Shown: one piece after another, positions 1 to 10,330 of the stretch
How the letters are laid out: each line of letters begins with the position of its first letter
How positions within the stretch are numbered: position 1 is the stretch's first letter
Assembly (NCBI GenBank): GCA_019058445.1
Contig: JAHPZA010000006.1
Span: 576,001-640,000, forward strand
Direction of reading: 5' to 3'
From: Promethearchaeota archaeon
Lineage (GTDB): Archaea; Asgardarchaeota; Lokiarchaeia; Sigyniarchaeales; SOKP01
Length of the DNA stretch: 64,000 bases
Made by a program: the position numbers and the translations under genes
The notes under the pieces: model-generated
The model's input: the letters and a program-made list of their open reading frames with translations, nothing else
What the model was told of the DNA's origin: nothing
Database searches by the model: none

Positions 1-1
1 G

Positions 2-55
2 GACATTGAGCCCTATATAAAAGGCCCTCTGAATGGTGGAAAGAGTATCTATGAA
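2..55 (+). CDS. 3' end of a gene truncated by the window edge (DIEPYIKRPSEWWKEYL*)
   Basis: Open frame from the window start to TGA, followed by a T-rich tract. Confidence 0.4.
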
Positions 56-102
56 TTAAGATATCCCCCTTAAATCATGATTTTTTTTCTTTTTTTTTAA
101 TT

Positions 103-459
103 TTAGCCGGGTTCAACTGTTTTATTAATAATATTAAAAATTTGACTTACTTCTACTTGATCTTCAGTTAATAAAATGATGATATGTTCAAGAAGTTTAA
201 TAGATACAATATAATAATTAGCAGAGTGGATAATGTTAAAATCGGGATTATGAATTCCAATCTCTGCTGTGATATCTTCGGCTAATTCGTAGAGTTGAGA
301 GATATTTAAAGAAATCGATGCCTTATTGAACTCATCATCATTAATATAGGATTTTCTCACAACTCCATTTTCCGAACTAATGATTATAAAATAGACGCTT
401 GAACCTAATTCTTGTATTAAATTATTTAAAATAGAATCAAGATCTATCGAAACAGTCAT
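103..459 (-). CDS. Roadblock/LC7-like domain protein
   Basis: 118 aa; helix, then FIIISSENGVV hairpin, then helix and three strands, matching the roadblock/longin pattern. Confidence 0.6.
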   Translation of the reverse strand: MTVSIDLDSILNNLIQELGSSVYFIIISSENGVVRKSYINDDEFNKASISLNISQLYELAEDITAEIGIHNPDFNIIHSANYYIVSIKLLEHIIILLTEDQVEVSQIFNIINKTVEPG

Positions 460-592
460 AATCTTATAAAATTAGAAAAACGTTTATTATTTATAATTAT
501 AAATTTGAATTAATAAATAATTTTAGTTTAAATCTAATTATTTAAATCTAGTTATCTTAACTAATTAAAAATTTATTCTAGGATTTTATATC

Positions 593-1435
593 ATGTATAA
601 ATATGGGATTAATTTATTATTGTGGACAAGCTGTTTTACTAAAAAAGATTTATACTTAATTAAAAAAGTAAAAGAACTAGGCTGTGATGTTGTTGAAATA
701 CCAATTTTTAATCCTGAAGATTTTCCCTCCGAGTTAGTTAAAAATGAACTGGTAAAATATGAGTTAGAAGCATGTGTATGTTATGGATGCGAAAGGGAGT
801 CTGATATTGCATCATTAGATAACAAAATAAGAAAAAAAGGCATTGAAAGATTTAAAAAAGCTATAGATCACACTAAGATCTTAGGAGCAACCAAAATTGG
901 AGGGGTGGTTTATAAAGCGGGAGGTATGTTTACAGGATCAGCACCTTCAGATGTAGAGTGGAGTAATTCAGTTAATTCAATGCGAGAAATAGCAAGATAT
1001 GCCCATCAATTTAACATTTCAATCTGTGTTGAACAGATCAATAGGTACGAGACATATTTTATTAATACCACTAAAGACGCCTTAAATTACTGCTTAGATG
1101 TTGGAAAACCAAATATGCAAGTTCTACTTGATACTCATCATTTAATTCTGGAAGAATTGAACTTGTACGATGCGATTCTTATGACCGGGAATCGATTAGG
1201 GCATTTTCATACCTCTGAAAATAATAGAGGAATTCCTGGAACAGGACAAGTAGATTGGATTAATGTGTATAAAGCCTTAAAAAAGATTAAGTACTCTGGA
1301 TGGTTGGTTATAGAATCTTTTTATATTGGCTTTGGGAATATTTGGAAACCACTCGCAGATTCTCCAGAACAATTAGTGATTCAAGGATTGAATAATCTAA
1401 AAAATATTGAAGAACAAATCAAAAATGAACGATAA
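593..1435 (+). CDS. Sugar phosphate isomerase/epimerase (D-psicose/D-tagatose 3-epimerase family)
   Basis: EQINRYE, LDTHH, HTSENNRGIPGTG and IESF metal-binding motifs. Confidence 0.9.
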   Translation: MYKYGINLLLWTSCFTKKDLYLIKKVKELGCDVVEIPIFNPEDFPSELVKNELVKYELEACVCYGCERESDIASLDNKIRKKGIERFKKAIDHTKILGATKIGGVVYKAGGMFTGSAPSDVEWSNSVNSMREIARYAHQFNISICVEQINRYETYFINTTKDALNYCLDVGKPNMQVLLDTHHLILEELNLYDAILMTGNRLGHFHTSENNRGIPGTGQVDWINVYKALKKIKYSGWLVIESFYIGFGNIWKPLADSPEQLVIQGLNNLKNIEEQIKNER

Positions 1436-1516
1436 GTAAAAGAAATATTACATAATTTAATATAATCCAAGAATAAAGAAAATTTAAAAAAAATTTTAAT
1501 CAATATTAATAATTCA

Positions 1517-2347
1517 TTAATCTTTTGTACTTAGTAAGGATCCCTTTAATTCTTCTGCAAGATTTCCTAATCTATTTGCAGTAGCAGTAATTTCTTCCAT
1601 TGACGCTGTTTGTTCCTCTGTAGAGGCACTAATCCCTTCCATTGAACCAGAGGTTATTTGAATTTTTTTAATAATTTCATCAATTTTATTACCAGTATCC
1701 ATTACCGCTTTCTTTGATTCTTCAGCCAATTTTCTGACCTCATCAGCTACGACTGCAAATCCTCGTCCATGCTCCCCTGCTCTCCCTGCTTCTATGCTTG
1801 CGTTTAGGGCCAAAAGATTCGTTTGTTCAGAAACATTTCTAATCAGATGCATAATTGTGTTTAATTCATTAGTTGAAGCAGTAACCTCTTGAGCATTGCT
1901 AGAAATAACTTGGGCTGTGCTTGCAATTTCTTCAGAAGAAGCATTGACTTCGCTGGCACTAGCAGCTAATTCTGTTGCCATATTAGCTACATTTATACTT
2001 GCATTTGACGCGGTATCAATTACATTTCTCATTTTGTCATTAGACTCTTGAAGCCCTGACTCGATAATTGGGATTATAATCCAAAAGATTCCGACAGTTG
2101 CTACAAATATCATAAAACCCGATGCAAAAGCATCTCCAAAAGCTTCACTCCAGAAACCCAATTTTTCCATAGCATTCCCTAAAGCAAATAACCCCGCTCC
2201 AGCAAAGAAAAAGCAAAAAGTTAAATTTGTCATACTTTTCTTTCGTAAATATGCATGGAATGCTATTGCTGTTGCACCAAAGAAACAAATCATTCCAATA
2301 AAATTAAATGTTCCATCAATAAGATCCACCATTGTAGTTCTCACCAC
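1517..2347 (-). CDS. Methyl-accepting chemotaxis-like protein (3 TM helices plus short MCP signalling domain)
   Basis: [35 protein letters not shown] hairpin-tip motif. Confidence 0.9.
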   Translation of the reverse strand: MVRTTMVDLIDGTFNFIGMICFFGATAIAFHAYLRKKSMTNLTFCFFFAGAGLFALGNAMEKLGFWSEAFGDAFASGFMIFVATVGIFWIIIPIIESGLQESNDKMRNVIDTASNASINVANMATELAASASEVNASSEEIASTAQVISSNAQEVTASTNELNTIMHLIRNVSEQTNLLALNASIEAGRAGEHGRGFAVVADEVRKLAEESKKAVMDTGNKIDEIIKKIQITSGSMEGISASTEEQTASMEEITATANRLGNLAEELKGSLLSTKD

Positions 2348-2652
2348 CCCTCCTTTTTAGGGGATTTTGATTGTACTGTTAGCTTTTTAGACATTTTGAT
2401 ATAATGCATAAAGATCATTGCACCAAGAAAAGAGATTCCAGCTAGCATGATAAAAAAATGCTCTAAAAAATTAAATAAGTCTGGTGCAACAAAAGCTTCT
2501 ATATTTGTAAAAAGGAATGAAAGTGCAAGAAATGAGGCACCTGGTACTACTAAAAGCATTTCCTTTCTCTTTTTGATAACGATAGGAGCAAAAGCAAAAT
2601 CAATTATACAAAGCAGTAGTGGTATGAATTCAAGTAGTTCAAATTCTGGCAT
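2341..2652 (-). CDS. Small 3-TM membrane protein co-transcribed with the MCP
   Basis: GGTGA + 6 nt + ATG; hydrophobic segments; abuts the MCP gene. Confidence 0.75.
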   Translation of the reverse strand: MPEFELLEFIPLLLCIIDFAFAPIVIKKRKEMLLVVPGASFLALSFLFTNIEAFVAPDLFNFLEHFFIMLAGISFLGAMIFMHYIKMSKKLTVQSKSPKKEGW

Positions 2653-2975
2653 TAATTATCACCTTCCTCGTTTTATAATAATTATTGTTACATAGAACGT
2701 ACTATAATTTTTACTTAAGTTTTCCTTGATAAGTTATTGTTTGTTTTACACGTACGTATAAGTTTTTTTTAAATATTAATTCGAATTCACTACCTAAGAG
2801 TATAGTTGTATACAATCTAACTACAAAAGAGTAAAAAACCAATTCTACTGAATATATATTCAATTAACCGTATAAAGAAGTTTAACCATTAGATGATTAG
2901 CTCATATTTTTTAAAAATTAGTAGAATTAATTGATATTTAAGATTTGATTACTCGAATGTAAAAAAGATAAAAGA

Positions 2976-3080
2976 TGGGCCTAGCAGGATTCGAACCTGC
3001 GACATCCCAGTCCGAAGCCGGGTACCCTTTCTGGAAATCTTCCTTGGTGGAAGGTAAAATCCAGACTAGATTACAGGCCC
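2976..3080 (-). tRNA. tRNA-Arg(UCG) with a ~30-nt intron in the D-loop (~3029-3058)
   Basis: Acceptor GGGCCTG/TAGGCCC, anticodon arm CCCGG-CTTCGGA-CTGGG, T-arm GCAGG-TTCGAAT-CCTGC; removing 30 nt gives a 75-nt cloverleaf. Confidence 0.9.
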
Positions 3081-3233
3081 GCGTTGAAAATCTTGCGTTC
3101 TTTGATGAAAATATTAAGATGACTAATGTTATTATATTTTCATCTAGTATTTCTAAAAAAGATTTTCATAAACCATTAAGCGATTTTAAAAAGATTGCGT
3201 TCCTAAAAAACATGGGTTTGAAAGATAAATTAT

Positions 3234-3668
3234 TTATTTCTTACATTTGGAAACTAATTTCATATAATCTACTAAAAGTCGAAGAAAATTTTTCACTTTG
3301 AAAGCATGAGAAAGATTTCCATGGACTTTCATCCATCCTTTCATATATGCTTCAGTCCCGCTTATTTCACCCTTAAATATGTTTAGTATCAAATCTTTGG
3401 TAAAAAAAATTCGGATTGAAGTATTCTTATTAACTCCTTTTTTATATGTGATATTTCCTTTAGAAACACCAATCCAAAAGTTAAAGCTTAAATCGGTTAT
3501 ATGAAATTGATATACTGCATCAAAATCAATTATTTCTTCTAATAACTCATCAGTTGTTTGGATTAAATTAATGCCAAAATTGATAAATTTATCTAGTACT
3601 TGCACTACTTCTTGATCATTATCAGTTAATTTATTTATAATTGAATCAATAGAATAGGTGATTAACAC
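3234..3668 (-). CDS. SCP2 sterol-binding domain protein
   Basis: GEISGTEAYMKGWMKVHGNL SCP2 signature. Confidence 0.8.
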   Translation of the reverse strand: MLITYSIDSIINKLTDNDQEVVQVLDKFINFGINLIQTTDELLEEIIDFDAVYQFHITDLSFNFWIGVSKGNITYKKGVNKNTSIRIFFTKDLILNIFKGEISGTEAYMKGWMKVHGNLSHAFKVKNFLRLLVDYMKLVSKCKK

Positions 3669-4013
3669 TGTAAATTCTCTATTTACTGATTTGTTATTAG
3701 ATATATATGGTGCTCTATAAACAAATTGTACTTTTTAAAATATTTATATTTTTCTATTGAAACGATGCTAAAATGGAATTAAAGTGTTAAAAATTGATAA
3801 GTCATTTTAAATCTTTCAATTAGTTTATTTAGCTATTCTTTTGCAAGCTTTTAATCATTATATTTTCATTTCGGTTTGAAAATTAACATTAAATAAATTA
3901 AAAAAAAATAATACCTTACTCTTAGAATATGCTTAAATTTAAGTGTTAGAATAAAATTTTTAAGTTTTTAATTATTTGTTTTGTTATAGAAATTTTGTAT
4001 CTCTAACTTTTCT

Positions 4014-4151
4014 GCCCACATAGTGTAGAGTAAGGTTTTACTTCGAACCTACACATAACTCGGTCCAGCATTCGGGACTGTCACTCCTGCGACGCGGGTT
4101 CAAAGAGATGTGCGCTTTCCGCACATGAAGAAAATCCCGCTGTGGGCGCCA
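4014..4151 (+). tRNA. tRNA-Asp(GUC) with two ~30-nt introns (D-loop ~4029-4058; T-loop ~4105-4134) and encoded CCA
   Basis: Spliced form GCCCACA TA GTGT AG^CTCGGTCCA GCAT T CGGGA CTGTCAC TCCTG CGAC GCGGG TTCAAA^T CCCGC TGTGGGC GCCA is a canonical 78-nt cloverleaf. Confidence 0.9.
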
Positions 4152-4296
4152 TTCTTTCTATTTTATTTATTTTGCATTAGAGTAAGAGGTTTTCTGTATT
4201 TTTCACTAAGAAAATTCTTTATCCGTATTCTAAAGATCTCTATTCTTGGAAGATTGATACACTATATCTTGAAAAAAATCAAAAATATCGACAGTT

Positions 4297-5493
4297 TTAA
4301 ATCTTTTCCATTTGTAAATCTATTAGTAAAATTAAAGCAATTATTAAATATATGGCGAAACCCACTGAAATCGCAAAAAAGGCAAGAGTTAAATCAATAC
4401 TCGCTAAATAAGCGGCAAATATGGGGGTAATTAAGAAGGTTAATCCTAATGAGCTTTCAATGATATTCGAATACTTTGAAGTCTGATATTTGACATTTTG
4501 CATTAAAGATAACTTTATTCCGAAAGAAATCAAGATCCCAGCAAAAAACCCCATCAATAAATACAGAATTGCAAATATAAAAAAGTCTGTATTAATCCCG
4601 AAAAAGAAAAATATGACAAGTAAAGCAGTTAAACAAATGACTGCTGCTTTCTTTAATGAATTAAGTGATAAATAACTGGAAAAGGTAGTCGATATTAATT
4701 GTGTTATTAATGAAAAGGCTGAGAGTAAATAGACAGTATATGGCTCAAATTCAATAATTTCAGATTTGATAGGATATAAAATGTTAATACTCCCTTTCGC
4801 AAAAGCAAACGAAGTAACTAATAATATAGGTAAGATTTTAGGAATCTTATAATCTTTAGATTTATTGTAGTTTGAATTTGAATGTCCGCTAATTCGATCC
4901 AGATCCACTGTATCTACGTTATACTTTTGCGATTCTTGAAAAAAGAGTAAAGAAATGAAGGTAGCAACAAAAACTAATACTGGCGCGGCAAAAAATATGA
5001 TTTTCAAATCATCGATTATATATAAGATTAAGGCCCCTATAAGAAATCCCGATAAGATTCCGAAATTCCATCCAAAATTGAACCTTGACAATTGTCTATT
5101 ATGATTTTGAAATGCATTATCAGAAATACTTGATTGTAAATTGGTCCAAAATAATCCTGTGATTAATCCCTCCGCCAATCTTGAAACAAGAAATATTATA
5201 GGATCTAAGGTAAAATAAAATATTAATTGTGCTAAGGATGTTCCTAAAAGAGCTATTGTAACACTTGACTTCCTGCCAATCTTATCCCCAATATTCTTAA
5301 ATAAAAGTGGAGAAAAACAATAAGTCATGGCAGCTCCCGCGACAATCAACCCTATCATCCTTACATCAACTCCTTGTCTGAAAAAATATAATGGGATTGC
5401 TAAAGCAATTAAGGAATTATTTATAGGATAAAGTAATGCTAAGCATATTACGGGCCAGAACCGCCATTTTTGGTCGAAATCGGTGTGTTCCAT
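4297..5493 (-). CDS. MFS transporter
   Basis: About 12 TM helices; GDKIGRK motif A; RLAEG in TM4. Confidence 0.85.
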   Translation of the reverse strand: MEHTDFDQKWRFWPVICLALLYPINNSLIALAIPLYFFRQGVDVRMIGLIVAGAAMTYCFSPLLFKNIGDKIGRKSSVTIALLGTSLAQLIFYFTLDPIIFLVSRLAEGLITGLFWTNLQSSISDNAFQNHNRQLSRFNFGWNFGILSGFLIGALILYIIDDLKIIFFAAPVLVFVATFISLLFFQESQKYNVDTVDLDRISGHSNSNYNKSKDYKIPKILPILLVTSFAFAKGSINILYPIKSEIIEFEPYTVYLLSAFSLITQLISTTFSSYLSLNSLKKAAVICLTALLVIFFFFGINTDFFIFAILYLLMGFFAGILISFGIKLSLMQNVKYQTSKYSNIIESSLGLTFLITPIFAAYLASIDLTLAFFAISVGFAIYLIIALILLIDLQMEKI

Positions 5494-5770
5494 TATGTTT
5501 TCTTGACTCGCTCATTTGTAGGTAAGGAAATACCAATAAAAATAATTCATATAAGAAAAAATTTTCCGTTTTTTCAAAGATTATTTTAGTTTTACACTAT
5601 ATCGACTTTTTTCTCACGTGAATTTTAAGTCTACTTTGCGAATCCAAAAATATACTTTTTAAATTTTCGTATTATTGAAATAAACCTTTTTATATTGTCT
5701 TTGCATTATATTACATACCGTTTAAATACAATTTTTAAATAATTAAATTCAAAAATAAGGTTGAAGAATA

Positions 5771-6199
5771 ATGGTTGATGCAGATCTTATAAGTAAAGTA
5801 AAAGGTTTAATTGACGCTGGAGCGGATGCAGCCTCTCCAGATGATTTAACTACCATGTATGAATTATACAAGCAAATTGCTGTAGAAAACGAAGATCTTA
5901 AAGAAGAATTAGAAGACATGGACATTGTTGTCCAACAAGTCATCACTGACAAGGACGCAAAATTCTGGATGAAAGCCAAAGAAGGTGCTCTTGAGTATGG
6001 CTCTGGTGATGTTGACAATCCAAGTTTCACTTTCTCATGCACCTTAGCTGTCGGTGCTGGAATGCTTTATGGTGAAGTAGACGCCACTAGCGCATACATG
6101 GCTGGGGACATTACTGTAGAAGGTAACCTTCAAGATGCTATGGCCTTTCAAGAGATTATTGAATTAGCCATGGAAGCTTTTGAAGATTTAGCTGATTAG
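5771..6199 (+). CDS. SCP2 sterol-binding domain protein
   Basis: GEVDATSAYMAGDITVEGNL. Confidence 0.9.
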   Translation: MVDADLISKVKGLIDAGADAASPDDLTTMYELYKQIAVENEDLKEELEDMDIVVQQVITDKDAKFWMKAKEGALEYGSGDVDNPSFTFSCTLAVGAGMLYGEVDATSAYMAGDITVEGNLQDAMAFQEIIELAMEAFEDLAD

Positions 6200-6283
6200 A
6201 AATAAGCCTTTAGCATTTTGAATTAGTAAATAATTAAATTCTTTTTTCTTTTTATTTACTATTCTCGTTTTTTTTTTATGTTT

Positions 6284-7519
6284 TTATTTTATTACTTCTA
6301 ATTTGAAAATTTTATCGTTCTTCTTCACAGGTTTATCTACTAAAATTCCGACACTAATACTTTTACTCTTAACCAGAGGTGTTTCAGTTAAATTCTTTTT
6401 TTGCTTGATTTGAAGAGAATTGATTTTTTGACGTAGGTATGTGCTTGTATGAGTCCCTATTATATAAATTTCATCATTTAATTTCAGTTTCCCCGAAGTT
6501 AACAAAATTTTCGCAGCTTTTTTTTCAGGATAATAAGATAAAACTTTACCAATTTCTTTTTTTCTAAAGTCCGACACATTTCCTTCTCTTTCTCTTTCAA
6601 TCTCGCTTCCTTTTGGTAATCCAAAATAAAAACCAGTTGAAAAACCCCTGTTATAAACTTTTCTTAATCGATTTAACCAATCATCAACTTTTTTCTGAGT
6701 AATTGAATTATTATAGTAAGCATCGATTGCTTCACGATAGCATGAAGTCGCTTCTTCAATATAAATGGGATCTCTCATTCGACCCTCAATTTTAAACGCA
6801 TCAATATTTGCTTCGATTAACTTAGGGATATACTCAATCATACAAAGATCTTTGGAATTTATGAAAAATACTCCATCATAAAGGAATTTATTATTCTGAT
6901 TATCAAACACGTTCCACGTTCTGCGACAAGGTTGAATACATCTCCCTCTATTTGCCGAATAATCCTGAGATCCGCACACTTCTGCTGAGAAATAACACCT
7001 CCCTGAAATTGAAGTACATTGGGCTCCATGTACGAATACTTCAATTTGACTAGTGTTTAATTTACTTTTTACATCTTTTATTTGTTCTAACGATAATTCT
7101 CTTGCGAGTATCAACCTTTCTGCTCCTAAATCCTCGTAAAACTGCGCAGTTCGAGAGTTTGAGATGTTTGCTTGGGTTGAAATATGAAATTTTAGACCCT
7201 TTTGTTTTGCTAATTCTATTGCTCCAATATCATGAATGATTAGTGCATCAATTTCAGCTTCTACAGCTTTATTTAAAATTTTCTCTAACATCTCGAATTC
7301 ATTTTCGTAAATTATTACATTCGTGGTTAAGTAGGCCCTAATATTATTATCATGACAGAGTTTGACAATTTTATTTAAATCTTCCAGCTTAAAATTATCG
7401 CTATACATTCGCATGTTTAATGATTCGATTCCAAAATACACGGCATTTGTTTTGTCTAAAATTGCATTTAAAGATTTGAAATTCTTCAATGGAGCCATTA
7501 GCTCAACTTTTTTATTCAT
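6284..7519 (-). CDS. Peptidase U32 family protein (TrhP-like Fe-S hydroxylase)
   Basis: ELMAP, HISTQAN, EVFVHGAQCTSISGRC, NRGRCIQPCR, KIEGR. Confidence 0.9.
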   Translation of the reverse strand: MNKKVELMAPLKNFKSLNAILDKTNAVYFGIESLNMRMYSDNFKLEDLNKIVKLCHDNNIRAYLTTNVIIYENEFEMLEKILNKAVEAEIDALIIHDIGAIELAKQKGLKFHISTQANISNSRTAQFYEDLGAERLILARELSLEQIKDVKSKLNTSQIEVFVHGAQCTSISGRCYFSAEVCGSQDYSANRGRCIQPCRRTWNVFDNQNNKFLYDGVFFINSKDLCMIEYIPKLIEANIDAFKIEGRMRDPIYIEEATSCYREAIDAYYNNSITQKKVDDWLNRLRKVYNRGFSTGFYFGLPKGSEIEREREGNVSDFRKKEIGKVLSYYPEKKAAKILLTSGKLKLNDEIYIIGTHTSTYLRQKINSLQIKQKKNLTETPLVKSKSISVGILVDKPVKKNDKIFKLEVIK

Positions 7520-7679
7520 TTTTTAATCAACTTTAAGATGGATGGTCTATTTTAGGTAAAATTTTAGATTATTGAAATAAAATTTTTTTAACTAATGAAA
7601 TATAATGAATCTAATCTTAATTGTTTATGATATAATTTTGAAAAAAAATAAGTGAAATAATAATTAAAAAAAATTTTGA

Positions 7680-9368
7680 TTAAAATGTAGTATACCAGAA
7701 GTAAAATAGCACTAAGCCAATTATAAAAGCGAGAATTGCCCAGAAATATGTAAAATGCTTCGCATAATTTCGAAATCGTTTTCCGGTTTCTGTTTCAATA
7801 GTATCCACTTGAATATAAGGGCTTGGACCGCGTCGGTACCAGCCTTTAATTCTTACTCTTTGACCAACTATTTTTTTAACTCGAGCAATGGCAAAAAAGA
7901 AATCTACTATGCCCAGACCAAACCTATAATCAATATACATAAGTCCAGTATTATCCTGTAAATATAAATCTTCTCCGAAATAGTAACCAGGCATACCTCT
8001 CCCAACAACTCGTCCCTCTATAAATGTTGGAATAGTCCGTATTGGCGACACTTTAATATTCGTTACGAGTTCCAAAACATTCTTCGGTTCAAAGCCGCTT
8101 TTATAGATGAATTTTGTTTTTATGAGTGAGCCAAAACCGATTAAATAAAACCCAGCTGCCCAAAATAGCAAGAGATTAGATAATGTTAGGGTGTTTACTA
8201 AAATATCCAACATACCTGCGGCTCCAAATATCCAAAGTACTGTCATTGCACCTAAAGCAATAAAAATCAATAGAGGTAAGAATTTTACTGTTACATCTAC
8301 TAAAAACTCGTCCATCATCGTTTTTCCTGCTTGTTCTTTCTTTATTTGCTTAGCTTTTGAGAAATCTAACTCTGGTTTGAGTCCATACAGCTCACATTGA
8401 TTATTCAATCGCATGATTCTTTTAGCTGGTAGTGGATGGGTACTAAACATTTGATAATATTTTGCCCATGGATTAAAAAGATCCCAGCTTGCTGCTGCCT
8501 GAATCGCATCCTTAGAATATTTTCCTGAACCGCTCATACTTGCCGCTGCAAACGATACTGCGCTTCTTGGATCAAAAATTCCTATGCCTCTCAAAGCTCT
8601 CACAGTTGATTTCTGTTTTTCTTCATACTGAGCATCTATTAATAATCCGTATGCGATTTTTACTAGTGCTGTGGATAATGTATTTGGATTTTCTGTGAGT
8701 TCTCCAGCATGCTCATCAGCATAATATTCTCTTATTCGACTGATAATTAAAGATATTAGATAACTAATAAAGTAAGCGATATATGATAGCACGGCGATTG
8801 CGATTAAAGCTAATCCTATAGCTGCTCCCTCTTTATCACTGGCTCTGCTCCACCTACTAGAATAGAAAGCCCATCTTGCAATTGTTAACAGCAATAATGG
8901 AATTGCAAAAACCAACGTCATCAATATAAAATCGTTATGAACCACATGTCCTAATTCGTGGCTTACAACAGCTTTTTGCTCTTCTTCATTTAGATAGTTT
9001 AAAATTCCTGTAGTAATTACGATTCTTGCCGTATTTTTCGTCCATCCAAATGTAAACGCGTTAGGATTCCCATCCCGTATAATACCCATTCGAGGAGTTT
9101 TAATCCCTCTTACAGCAATCACTTTATCAACGGCTTCTGCAAGATGCGGAAACTGAGCTCTAAATTGGTCGTAAGGTATCCACTCGATGCGATATATCCA
9201 ATTAATGATGAAAGGAGATATTAAGTATTGTAGGAAAATGAAGAACAATGTTATTCCAATCATTAACCATAAAGACCAGTTGTACCAGATCCCTATTGCA
9301 AACACAATTGCATAAATGAGTCCAAATAGCGCTATTAATGCCAAAGTTGAACTTAATCTCAGACCTAT
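7680..9368 (-). CDS. htpX: M48/HtpX-like zinc metalloprotease with C-terminal extension (start TTG 9344 or SD-spaced ATA 9368)
   Basis: PNAFTFG, HELGH, SRIREYYAD, STHP. Confidence 0.85.
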   Translation of the reverse strand: MGLRLSSTLALIALFGLIYAIVFAIGIWYNWSLWLMIGITLFFIFLQYLISPFIINWIYRIEWIPYDQFRAQFPHLAEAVDKVIAVRGIKTPRMGIIRDGNPNAFTFGWTKNTARIVITTGILNYLNEEEQKAVVSHELGHVVHNDFILMTLVFAIPLLLLTIARWAFYSSRWSRASDKEGAAIGLALIAIAVLSYIAYFISYLISLIISRIREYYADEHAGELTENPNTLSTALVKIAYGLLIDAQYEEKQKSTVRALRGIGIFDPRSAVSFAAASMSGSGKYSKDAIQAAASWDLFNPWAKYYQMFSTHPLPAKRIMRLNNQCELYGLKPELDFSKAKQIKKEQAGKTMMDEFLVDVTVKFLPLLIFIALGAMTVLWIFGAAGMLDILVNTLTLSNLLLFWAAGFYLIGFGSLIKTKFIYKSGFEPKNVLELVTNIKVSPIRTIPTFIEGRVVGRGMPGYYFGEDLYLQDNTGLMYIDYRFGLGIVDFFFAIARVKKIVGQRVRIKGWYRRGPSPYIQVDTIETETGKRFRNYAKHFTYFWAILAFIIGLVLFYFWYTTF

Positions 9369-9631
9369 AGTTAATCACCTTTTAGTCTTTATTTTTTTTT
9401 TTTATTTTATCTTGGAAAATCAGAATATACATTCTTAGGTAAATAAACTCTTACCGCAATTATATTTTTTTGTATTTTAGGATATAAATTATCGATGATA
9501 TGTTGATATTACTTTGAATTAATATTAGTGATCTAAGTAGTATTTTTATTATCAATAATATTGCAAACAGTTAAAACGTTAGATTTTTATTATTATTTAA
9601 AAACTAATATTGTTTCCGACATTAAAGTGAA

Positions 9632-10276
9632 TTGACTTTGAATGGTGAGAAGAAAAAGCTAGTTGACGCCACTAGCAATTTGGTGCACCAGCAATTCTAT
9701 AAAGAAGGGCAAGATATTATTTTAGGTAGAACGCCTGATGTTAAAGTCAAAATCAGCAAGTCGGGACAAATCATCAAAAAATTCGAAGATTTATTCAATG
9801 ATAATCTCCATTATTTTATAGAAGGCAATTATAAGAAATTTCTGCAACCTTTTAAAAAAATTAAAGGGGTAAACGAAGAAACTATTCATCAAATACATGA
9901 AGATTTAGAAAATAAACTTGAACACTTTAAGGACGAAAATTCGGAAACTGGAAATATCATTACGTATACCCTTGTTTTAAGTGCCTTAATTTCGAGAATC
10001 AGAGACATTCATTTTAATGACTCTATTGAAGAAGTTAGAAATAGAATCAGTAAAAAATCCAGAAAAAAATCTTCTGTTCTAAGTGAAGTTGAGGTTCAAG
10101 AAGCATTGGATAATCTTTTTATGAGAAATAACAAAAATATCTCAATCTTATATAATATATCATACTTATGTGCTTTGGCAGAATCGTTCAATTACAAAAA
10201 GGTAGTGCATATTTGTAATATACAAAAGAGCAAATTCATTAATCGAATTGTAAGGATGATAGTATCCTCAAGTTAA
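9632..10276 (+). CDS. Hypothetical protein
   Basis: 214-aa ORF, no recognisable motif. Confidence 0.7.
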   Translation: MTLNGEKKKLVDATSNLVHQQFYKEGQDIILGRTPDVKVKISKSGQIIKKFEDLFNDNLHYFIEGNYKKFLQPFKKIKGVNEETIHQIHEDLENKLEHFKDENSETGNIITYTLVLSALISRIRDIHFNDSIEEVRNRISKKSRKKSSVLSEVEVQEALDNLFMRNNKNISILYNISYLCALAESFNYKKVVHICNIQKSKFINRIVRMIVSSS

Positions 10277-10330
10277 ATTTAAAATTTTTCATTCTGAAAA
10301 ATGAATACATTCTAAGGCAATCTTTTTTTT

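Noticed and set aside
2975-3301. 108-aa plus-strand ORF
   Set aside because: Antisense to tRNA-Arg (GLAGFEPAT is the typical tRNA shadow translation) and overlaps the SCP2 gene
4110-4430. 106-aa plus-strand ORF
   Set aside because: Starts inside the tRNA-Asp intron and runs antisense into the MFS gene
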